Assembly: GCF_964355755.1 (NCBI RefSeq)
Contig: NC_092673.1
Coordinates: forward strand, 33,291,648 to 33,355,647
Length of the DNA stretch: 64,000 bases
Reading direction: 5' to 3'
DNA from: Antedon mediterranea
Taxonomy: Eukaryota; Animalia; Echinodermata
How positions within the stretch are numbered: the first letter of the stretch is position 1; each line of letters starts with the position of its first letter. Positions 28,701 through 40,700 of the stretch are shown piece by piece. Position numbers and translations under genes: made by a program. The notes below the pieces were generated by a model that was not told the DNA's origin, did no database searches, and saw only the letters and a list, made by a program, of their open reading frames with translations.

Positions 28701-31700
28701 TACTGTATTCAGAAATACGAGCACAATGACGAGCCAGTAGAAGCCCTGAGATTTCACCATCTTACGAATCAATATCCGAAATTGGTACTCCTTCTTGCGA
28801 AAACCCGAACACTGCTTCTTTTTCTGCCTTTCTGGTTTTTTGGAGTGATTTTTGGAATTTGTTAGTGGCTCTGGGTTAATATGCATAACATAAAAATGGT
28901 AGGGAGGGGGATTGGGGAGGGGGTTGGGGAGGGAGGGTAGGGCATATTAATGAGACGGGTGTGTGTGTGAGGGTGAATGTTAACACATGCATAGGCAGTC
29001 GTTAGAAAATTCCAAATTAAATAAAGAGACGGGAAATTGTGTTAGTAAGTGGTTATGCAAATATCAAAGAAAACAAAGAGGATAATTGCCAAATAAAAAG
29101 TGAGATAAGCAAGCAGGAGAGGGTAGTGGAAAAAGAAGGAAGAAAAAGAAAATTTTCATTAAGAATCATGCGTTTGTACCATGTATGTTGATTTGATTGA
29201 CCAGCCAATCAAATTGGCCTTTCATTCAAGAGCGGTAAAGAGCTTCTGACCGCAACAAATGAAAGCATTCAAGCGTAGCAATGATCCGCCCATTTTACAC
29301 ACTGAATCAGACACAAATTTTAAGATAGTTGTAGCATGGAGTTAACTCATTTTATAGCTCTATGGTTGTAGAGTAGAATTTATCACAGAAGTCAATTTAA
29401 TCAGTGATTTATGAGCATGTGCAAAAGCTTGCTACGCTTGAAGGCATTTAAAAATTCTGTGTAGTCAAAAGTTCCCCATTGCTAACTTTTTGTGTACAGA
29501 TTAAAGAGTGTGCAATAATTTTCAACCATTAATTTTTTTTTTACTTGTTCCTAAATAAATTAAAACCAATACATATATTTTATAATTGGTTAAACATTAA
29601 TACTAGATCAAAGAGTAATACATCAATCTATTTTTAGATTTATTGATAGTACAATAGTCAACACTGTTTATCATTAATTTGTATATTGTAAAATTCCTAA
29701 TTTAATTGTATTAAATAAAAGAGTAAACAATTAATATTTAATTAGTAACACATAGATCACTACCACAATAGATACAGATTATTACATTTTAATTAATTAA
29801 TTAATAAGCAACCACTACATAAAACAATGTAATTAAATATTCAAATTTTTTTAAATTATACAATTTGGCATATGAAACATGCTAGAAATATCATAAATTA
29901 ATTCATACAATTTAAGTTAATTTTTAAGGTTGGGATAAAATCAACGGTCATTGAAAAACAGAATTAAATTATTGTAAATTGGTTTATGCAAATTAAATGA
30001 TAAACATGTGTTTAAAACAAATCTAAATATTTGTGTCTCTTTCTCTCTGTGCACAATGAATATGATGGATTGGCCAGCCTCTCTTAATATTACTATTATC
30101 CCACCTCCAAATGCTAAAACATTTACTTATTAAGAAAAGAAAGATTAATATATATAAAATATTAGACAAAGTGCTAGACCATAACTATAACATCACATCC
30201 ACATATAACTATAAATGATAGAACAAACTGAAGAGATGAATATATAAGCAGTGTAGATAAATAAGTGGCGCATGGAAATAGAAGCGGCGCAAGAGACATA
30301 ATCGGCTCAAGAAATTTAAGCGGTGCAGGAAATAAAAGCGGCGCAAGAAATATGAGCACCGTACTTGTAGATGAATAAAAAGCAATATGGTAGAAGAATA
30401 AGTGGTATAGAATAAACGGCGAAGAAGATGCGGTATAAAAGAATAAGCGGTAAAGAATAAACGGCGTAAGAATAAATGGCGAAGACTATGCGGTGTAAAA
30501 GAATAAGCGGTAAAGAATAAACGGCGTAAGAATAAACGGCGAAGACTATGCGGTGTAAAAGAATAAGCGGTATAAAAGAATAAGTGGTGTAGAAAAATAA
30601 GTGGTTTTAAAAGAGTAAGCAACGTATAGGAATAAGCGGCATAGCAGAATAAGTGGTGTAGAACACACGGCGTAAAGAATAAATGGTATATAAGCGGCAC
30701 AGAAATATAAGCCACTTAAGTGGCGCAGAAAAATAAGAGACATAGAGGAATAAGTGGCGCAGATAATCACTGTCATTCTATCATTTACAGTACTAAACTA
30801 TTCTTTTTAGACTTAGTCAAAGAAAGAAAAATAAAAGGGCTGAACCCAAGATTTGCCCAGACAATAACATTAATGAAATTATTAACAATATAACTCCTGT
30901 CGTACAAATAGCAAACAGCATGGTAAACAAAATGTTTCATTAGCAATAAATATATACGGTAAGCTAAACAAATCCATTCTATTAAAATTTAAATATTCTT
31001 TTCACAAATAAAACAAATTTAAATACTGTACTAATGAGAATAATTTAAATACTGTACTATGGTATTAAATCTTTTTAATGAGAATAATTTGTAATAAATT
31101 GGTTGTCATAACAAAATAATAAATTTCGATTTAAGCTGCTGTAAAATGTCCAATGTTTGCTCTATATATATATTCTAATATTCAATCAAATCTAACCTAA
31201 AATTCCTTGTAATATTCTTTCTACATATCGCTATACATCATGTATTTGATATAAAAAATACGCCCACAGATGTTTTATACTGGATACAGCTTTGCGGCAT
31301 CGTTAGCTATTGAACTTGGCGGTGTTAATTAATTTTGTATGCACTTACTTATTAGTGGATTTATATAACATGGAATACTTTTCTAGGAATTCTGCCTACA
31401 AACATCTTCTTAAGTATATTGGTAACCATGAGATCAAATGAACTATAACATTTGTTTTTAATATAATGCCAAAATTACCAATTAATAAATTTAGAAGTAT
31501 TTAAGAGCAATTTTAGTATTTAAAGTTTAACTTTTTTTTAAATATATGTATATTATGCTTTAATTTTGTAGTTAATACACAAATCTGGACCTCATGGGAG
31601 ACCAGTACTTTGTATTAAATGAGTTTTCCAGAATAAAGAAAGATATGAAATGAAAGTATTTTCTGTAACAGTTACAGTATTTTCTGTAACAGTTACAGTA

Positions 31701-34700
31701 TTTTCTGTAACAGTTGCAGTATTTTCTGTAACAGTTACAGTATTTTCTGTAACAGTTACAGTATTTTCTGTAACGGTTACAGTATTTTCTGTAACGGTTA
31801 CAGTATTTTCTGTAATGGTTACAGTATTTTCTGTAATGGTTACAGTATTGTCTGTAATGGTTACAGTATTTTCTGTAATGGTTACAGTATTTTCTGTAAT
31901 GGTTACAGTATTTTCTGTAATGGTTACAGTATTTTCTGTAATGGTTACAGTATTGTCTGTAATGGTTACAGTATTTTCTGTAATAGTTTCAATATTTTCT
32001 GTAATAATAATTACACTATATTCTATAATTACAATTACAGTATTTTCTGTAACAGTTATAGTATTGTTTTGTAATGGTTACAGTATTTTATTATTATATT
32101 TATTATTTCTATTTATAGTTTTTCAAAGTAGTTTCTGTAAGTTACAGTATTTTCTGTAAAATCTACAGAATTTTCTATAACAGTATAGTATTTCCTGTAA
32201 ATTTAAATTTATTACAGTATTTATAACATTATTTTTTATTTAAGATGAAGCTGCAATACCATTTCTAATTTTCGTGTACACACATTACAAGGGCCTAAAA
32301 TGACTTATTCATTAGAAACAGATTATTCCAAAACACTGTACGTAGAAATAAAAATCTGAAATTTGGTACATTTTTTGCACAAATTATTCGTTATTCATAA
32401 AATAATGAATGTTCAATAGTTTGATTTTTAAGAACTGTGAACATTTCAATGCAGAAAATAATTCTATGCTTGATAAGTATTATTGAATTTATGCATCAGC
32501 GCAAAACTGAGTCACAATAATTCTACATTTTGTCAAATTGGAAATTAGTCAGTGCTGATGAATCATGGGTAATATCTCGTGAATGATGGGTAATCAGTAA
32601 AGAAGAATGATGGTTAATAAGTAAAGAATCATGGGTAATAATTATGCACTGATGAATAATGTATAATAATGAATTATGGGTAATTTTCAGTTTATTTTAA
32701 TTAAGATGCTGCAAGGTGTGTATATAATTTACAACACAAGAATAATTGACTAACGATATTATAATTATTTTGTTTAATATCAAATATTTTATATTTTTAT
32801 TGAGCATACTGTAATTTTTAATTTATTTTTTTCAACTACTCTCTGGTTTTGGTTCTACTGTATATTTTCTTAATTGTTTGAAAATTTCAAAATGTTGTTC
32901 TTCTGCAAATTGAATTCTGTCACAAAATAATTATTTTTCGATTATCATATAAATAAATTTTAAATATAAATCAATACATAAATCATGAAACATTGTTTTT
33001 TACAAGATTTTCATTTCTTAAAGAGGAATTATTCAATAGCATATTTATGTCTGATCATTAATTAAATCATATTTCATATAATGTATGTTTTTTGGCATAA
33101 ATCATTGTGTGTATGCATGCAAATAGGGATGATGATATATCTACTGTAGTTGCACAGTATTCAAACAACATTGCTATTGTTCACATACTAAAACAAGGTT
33201 TTAGAATCTATTAGATGTTAAAATTGTACGACAACACAATCTGTTAAAAGCATGCCCAAAAGGGGAATAAATACAATATACTACAAATCCATGCTATTTA
33301 AGAAAAAAATGTATTAAATCTTCAAATATCAAAGGTCAAATATATATATGCAGTCTCTTGTACCAAGTACAAATTTGCAGACACTTTCAACTGACGAAAA
33401 AGAAGCAGTTCATCATTACGAAGTCTATTGTACATTTAACCAGTGGCGGATCCAACTTCCTCTTTTCTTTTGAAAAATTAAGATCGGTCGACGCCCTTTA
33501 ATTTCCTATTAAGGCGACCTTATCGGGAACAGACAAGAGGTGTTTTCTAAGGCCCCCGTAACAACTGTTTGTTGTAGCAGACTCCCCGTACCACCAGAGG
33601 GCGTTTTTTAAGGACACTGTAACAACATGCATGACCTTCCTTTGGATCAGCCACTGGAAGCCGTACAGACTTGACCAGAAAGAAACCTAAGAATACAGTA
33701 GAAAATAGACAAGACAGAAGAAGACTCAAAAAGTCTTGCACAAGCTACACAAGATTTCAAATAAGAAAGTTTTAGTTAGTAAAAAAGCTATGCTAATTCT
33801 GCTGTGGTAATCAATGAACAAATAGGCTTACATTACGCACTAGCCCATTGGGCTACTTGGAAGTTGATTCTAATAGCCCAAATGCCATTTTGCTAGGCCA
33901 GACTAACTTTACGAAACATTAATATTAATTTTGATTCTCCATGTGCAGTTTATGTACAGACTATAAAGAGTCATTTTTTCGGTTTGCTAGCCCAGCAATG
34001 ATATTTTAACTTTCTACATCGGGCTAGTATGACATTAAGCTTTATGTCTTAAGCTGTCTTTCCAAATCAACATTTTTGTCAAAAGGTTTATTGTATATAA
34101 TGTTGAAAAAGAATTTCATAACTTTATAAAAATGTCCAGTACAATGTTATAACCTTTTCTCCTCTTTTTTTCTCTACTAATATGTCTCAATAAACCTCTT
34201 AAGAAATATCTTGAACATTTATTACACACAGCAGATGAACTAATGGGATATGCTATAACGACAAAGGTTCATGAATATTCATCTCAAAGGTCAGGTCATT
34301 CACTACTTCTTGCAGATATGATTGTGGAGAATTTTCTTTAATATAAATCAGTGATTGTTAATTAGTTTTTAGTCCTATAAAAAAATTGTAAAATTGTTTT
34401 GAATATTTTAATCTAACCTATAAAATCCTACTAATTCTAATTATCAATTAAAACAAAAAAACAAACTCACAAATTCACTAACAAAAAACTGGCAGAAACG
34501 TCAAACAGTCACAAATTCTAATGCTAAATAAGCCTACTAGAACAACATCAACTATGTGCATATAACCATAGTATTCTTTCTATTTTTTTCTATGTATTTA
34601 TGTTTATTTATATAAAAGTAATGAATATTCATAAACCATGTCATAGATAGGCACACGTTGAAATATTATCTAGGTTAAATCTAGGAACAATAACTAAAGC

Positions 34701-37700
34701 ATAGGAGAAACTATTGGACGGTAACTTGTATAACTCCATAACTGCGTACTATTCAATTTGAACAGCGAGAATAATCTCAGTTTTCACAAGTCTTGCACCT
34801 TCAGTACAATTATATATTAAGATGCTATGAAAATTCTATAGGATTCATTTGCATACCGAATATAATTATGTTGTGATCTATTCAGAAAATTACAACACGC
34901 AAAATATAAAAGGAGTTTGTGATTGTTTTAAATCTCTAAAAAAAAAAACATTTTTGTCTCGTTATGTAGTTTAAGCTAAATTTTAATATTGGTCATTTTA
35001 TACTTTTTATGCAATATTATTTTAATATCTTGTGGCATCATTACATTTTATGAAATATGCCCAATATCAATTATTAATAAATTATTACTAGACAAACTAT
35101 GAAGAACAGAAGAAAGCAATCTGGATTTTGGAGAGTTTTCCCGTTTTCAGGGAATTTTTCTGCCGAAGACTTTTAAATCTGCCTGAATGTGTAACTGCTA
35201 CATTGATCCAAATGAAGGCGCTAGACTTGCAAAATACACGATTATGAAAATTGATTTGAATCTTTAATGGTTGTGCTCCACCACCAATGCAAATGAATAA
35301 TTACGCAATGTAATTTCTAAATGAATAAACATTTCAATCATTTATCTTTTTCCATGTATCAGTACTGAAGATAATTTTATTTTTAATAGTTATATATTTT
35401 TATTTTTGTTTTGATTGCAAGAGGTGTCATCGAAGCAAGCGACAAGATAGAGAGATGGTTATTTTCATTGAAGATCAAGCTTGATAAATACATCATCGTA
35501 AACATTTCATGTATAAAATTTATTTATAATGGTAAAATAAATAAAAACCATGAAAAGCTAGATGATGTAGTCTCTCAAACTTAATCTCAAACAAGCTTTA
35601 TATTCAAATTACAAACTAGAAGTTCAACTAGAAGTATGACAGACATAAGAATGCAACACTTCCAGGAACATTAGACAACTCCCACTACCAGAGACAATAA
35701 ATAAGAAATAGAGTAATAAAAAAAACAGCCGGCAAGCGACCAGGAAGGAGCGATTGGAGATATTATTCCAAGAGGGCCTACCGTTTTTCTTAACCTCGAT
35801 AGTGTCTATTTCTGCCACTACGGCGGCAACACCGTTTCCAGCATCCCCGTTAGTTTGAAGTTCTTTTTGTTGCATTGCAGCCGCCCGACGACGAGCTATA
35901 TAGAACGAAAGCAAACTCATGGAAAAAGCATGCATCACACAAAACACAAATGAGTGAAAAATAAAAACCCTTTAAATGATGCTCAAACAAAATAAGGATT
36001 TTAAAATGCAATATACAGTTCAGTGAACACCAACGGCAAAATCAAGTGAATAATATTTAATATAATTATTTTTCATTCATGTGCATGATATTTTAACATT
36101 CAAAACATAATAAACAGTATTATTAGTGCAGCCATTAACGTGGTATACTGTGCTGTTCAGTGATTGCAATTTAAAGGATTTTATATACTTTATTAAATCA
36201 AATGATTGCAAAAAAAGCAAAATAAACTTTTGCAATTAAGCTATGGACAATTGGGTGGCTAACCAGGGATAATAAGGTTGACATTTGACCTTTTTTACAT
36301 TTATAGTTAGGGTCACTTGATATGTAATAAGGAGCATCTTTGAGTTCAATATTTAATATCAATTTAATAAAAATAATAAATAAATATTTTAAATAAAATA
36401 ATAAAAAACAAATCAGTTATTTCAATATCATTTTATATTATTTTTCACATCAGAAAAATACAAAAATTAATATTAGATTTAATTTTAGGTTTTCATGCAA
36501 TAATTTGTTTTTATTTCATTCGCAATAGAGTTTATAGCATCACAGGACCATGTGACCTTCGTTGTCAACAGAGATCGCAAATAATGTCTGTAACATTTAT
36601 TGGTCAATTCTCATTGGTTGGTTTACATTGTTTCTGTAGCAACGGAGTGGTATCACATGGTATTGTGATGGAAAACTTTCAAACTCTATTATATGTTAAT
36701 TTTTACCTTCTATTGCTGCCCGTTCTTCGTCTGTTATTGATGTGTCGTTAAGCAACACCTCCTCAGCTTTGCGAATCCAATCTATGTAACCGTCTAATTC
36801 TCGTTCCGTTTGCTGCTGGCGCCGCATTTTTAAAAAAAGTCGTCTATTTTCTACACGCTCTCTTTCTTTAGCGAATTCTCTGTTAGAATTTAATAAAATA
36901 GAAATTTCCTTAGAAAGGAAGCTCTGGAGGGGATTTTTATAAGTTACCTTTTTTTTAATGATTTAAATTATATCATGTTCACATGTTTGCCAATCAAGAG
37001 CTGCTCATGACCAATTGCTCATGAGTGCAAATGGCATGATGGATTAATTGGAGCTTTATCCTGGCAAGCTGATAAGCTTGTTTCAGATTTCCTCATTCCT
37101 CACCCAATCGAGATTAAGCTTGATCAAGAGCTGCTCATGACCAGCTTTTTAAGTGGCTGTTCACACAAGAGTTGACCATAAGCCAACACACCAATCATGA
37201 GCAACCTCTGACATGTGAATGCGATATTAGTTTATAAAACTTACCCACTCAGTACACCAAGTACTAAATTAAGCATGAAGAATGATCCTAAAATGATAAG
37301 GGGGATGAAATACAACCAAACGAATGCGCTTCCATGAGCATTCGCACACTACAAAACAAAATAAAAAAATATAGTTAGGCTATATAGCAAGATATTACAC
37401 ATAAACATATGGCTTGTAAAGTATAAAATTCATCGCTAACAAAGTTCTGAATTGAACTTATTTGAGCAATTTATTTGTGGTTATAGAGCATCAACTTTCA
37501 GCCAATTCTCAGTACTGTATCTCCATATATGCCATTATCTGTCAGTACCATAAATAGGCAAATGCTATAAACAGTGTCACATATGTATCACATGTGGTGT
37601 CTGTATTAATGTTACGGTTAAGGTAAGTATGGTTATGTCCTGCTGATACAGTGTATAGAATTTGCCTATAAACTGGACAAATGATAGTATGTAATATGAT

Positions 37701-40700
37701 GCCTTTATTATGTTAAGGTAAGTGGACTGATACAGCATCACACATGATACATATGTGACAGAGTATTAAAGAATTTGCCTGTTATACTGGAAAAATGCGA
37801 CTCCACTTACATCATACATTACTTCTGTCCATCCTTCCATAGTAATACACTGAAATACTGTTAACATTGCAAATAACATATTGTCAAAATTAACGATTCC
37901 AAACTTAGGACCGCTCCAATATTCGGTACACTGCGACTGATTTGAACAATGCCGACCACTACCATTCGTAAAGCTACACACCATGGGTTCATCCTCAGCG
38001 AATACCCCTATAAAATGAAGAATAACATTACTAAATGTTTTTCACAAAATCATATTATTAAAGGGATCATGTAAACATTATTATAGTACAATTTACTGCA
38101 TATATATTATTTACTGCAGTAGAATAATTTGAAATTGGATTATTCGAACTGTCACTTGTGATTGGTCAATTAGCTTGCGTCCTCTTGTTGCATCCCAGCC
38201 GGAATAAAGATAAGATATCAAAGTAAAGCAAAGCAAAGTTTGCACTGTTTATTTTATTTTATGAGTGGAATGGATATAATATTTTCATATATCGAAACAT
38301 AGACCAGTTTGTCTGTTAAAGATGTATTTTCCCTCTTAAAAAAATAATTCTTTTGAATATGCCATTTTAATGTCACATAATAGTTATTCACTTTGACCAA
38401 AAATTGAATGAGATAAAAATAAAAATTTACCTGAAAAAACTGTAATTTAAAGCAAAAAATAGTAAAATTGGCCGCTACCAGCCTATGGGTTTTTGGTTGA
38501 ATTTAACCATTTATTTTGTCATTTCACAAGTGAAAACATTTTTTTCTATGAATGTTATTAACTTTATTAAAACTACGAAATAACCTATTCAAAGTCTGAT
38601 TTCATTCATCTTCATTTTTCATGTTTTTTGGGGTACAATACATCTTTAAATAAATCAACGAATGAAAATATTCTATCCATACAAATCATTCATTATTTGT
38701 TTATTAACACACCCATTTTTGATTTGTCAATGATAAATAAACAATACTTACATGTTCTTGTCTCTGTTCCAGTAACATTACTTAATTTAAAGCATGTTTT
38801 ATGGAAAGATCCACGGAAAAACTCCATTCCGGTGATGGCAAAAATAACGATGACAAAGAAAATAAGGAGGGCAATTTGCAGCAAAGGGGCCATTGCACAT
38901 AAAATAGATTTGAGTACAACTTGTAAACCTGTAGGGAAAAAGTGTACGTTAGACATGTTTGGATATGTTGCATAATCACAGTGGTCTAAAGGTCCGATTC
39001 CATGCTAGTATTCTGGAGATTATGGGTTCAAGTCCCATCAATAGTATCATTTTTTTTTCACTAAATTATTAATATCATTTATATCCTATTAATTTTGTTA
39101 ATAAGGTTTAAAGTAATTCAATTGTTTTTCTTTTTTATTAATTAATGTATAAAATAGACTTTTTGTTTAATGTTTAGATTTTTCACAATTAATTTTTCAC
39201 TAAATGCAAAACAGATCATGTTTTAGATCATTTTTCGATAAATTGTGTGTTACAATATATAATCTTGATCACTTTTGATGCAGATTATCAAATGTTTTAG
39301 ATTATTTTTAGATTCTATGTTTTGATCTATAATCTATTACCATCTACATATCTACCAATATAAACCCTTACACCACTATTCTATGTAAAAAAAAAATTAA
39401 AATCATAAAACTTGATATTTGGAATTTAACTGATGAAAGAAATAGATATCACTAATTGTTTTGCTTTATAAAAACTAATTTTAATTTAACATTTTGTCAT
39501 AGCTTTTTAAAATAATTTTAAGATTATTTAATTAAGTGTGTTTAGGTATTTCTTTTGAAAAGTTAAAAAATAATAAAGACCAATATAATTATTAGTAATT
39601 AGTGCTGTATTAATCTGTTGGATTAATTAGGCTTACAGATTATTACAGATTAACACTGATTACTAAACCAGTATCAATAATATATCACATACAAATTAAT
39701 ACAGATTCAGGGATTACTGGTTGTTAGCTAACAATAATTAAGTCAAATCCAAAAATATAAATGGATTAGTTTGAAATGGGGATCCCTTTTTTGGGATTAA
39801 ATTTTATAAATTAGTAAACGGATTACTAAAAACAAAATATTTTATTACAGTATAATATATTAATATAGAGTTTTAATTTGAGATTAATACATGTAAACCA
39901 TTTCTTTCATCAGTTAATTTACAATGAAATACATTTGAAAAAACCACAACATACATTCATGGTCAGTAGTAATAGCAGGGAATTTAAAATGAAAAGCTGA
40001 AACTAGTTAAAGGTTTTACCTGGCTTGCAAGTGCAAAATGCCATATTCTCTTACTTGTTGTATATTCTCAGCTATTTTGATGTGCAAGAAATCTAGAAAA
40101 TGTCTATCCAGACACTGCTGTATATCTTTTACATGCAAATTTGTATTTGATAGAAAGAAATTTTGAATTTAGTAGCCTAAAGCAAATTGGGTATGGCAAT
40201 GGCGCTATTGATGTTGGTATTATATGTTATTAATAATGATATCATTGGTGATAATGATGTCATTAGTGATAATGTCATTGATATTGGTGATGGTATTATA
40301 GGTTATTAATGATGAAATCATTGGTGATAATGATATCATTATAGGTTATTAATGATGAAATCATTGGTGATAATGATGTCATTGATGGTGTTGGTTAGGT
40401 TATTAATGATAATATAATTGGTGATAATGATGTCATTGATGTTGGTATTATATGTTATTAATGATATCACTGGTGATAATGATGTCATTGATGTTGGTAT
40501 TAATATTATACGTTATTAACGATATAATTGGTGATAATAATGTCATTGATGTTGGTATTATACGTTATTAATGATATCATTGGTGATAATGATGTCATTG
40601 ATGTTGGTATTATACGTTATTAATGATATCATTGGTGATAATAATGATCATTGATGTTGGTGGTGGTATTGATAATGATGATATTGTTGACAAGTAATGG

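Noticed and set aside
30209-30776. Overlapping ORFs of 76-168 aa
   Set aside because: Low-complexity tandem repeat with no domain similarity
31650-32159. 169-aa hydrophobic ORF (VTVFSVM)n
   Set aside because: Translation of a 21-bp minisatellite
35098-35182. Basic peptide [19 protein letters not shown] as an I-II linker exon
   Set aside because: No usable donor before an in-frame stop
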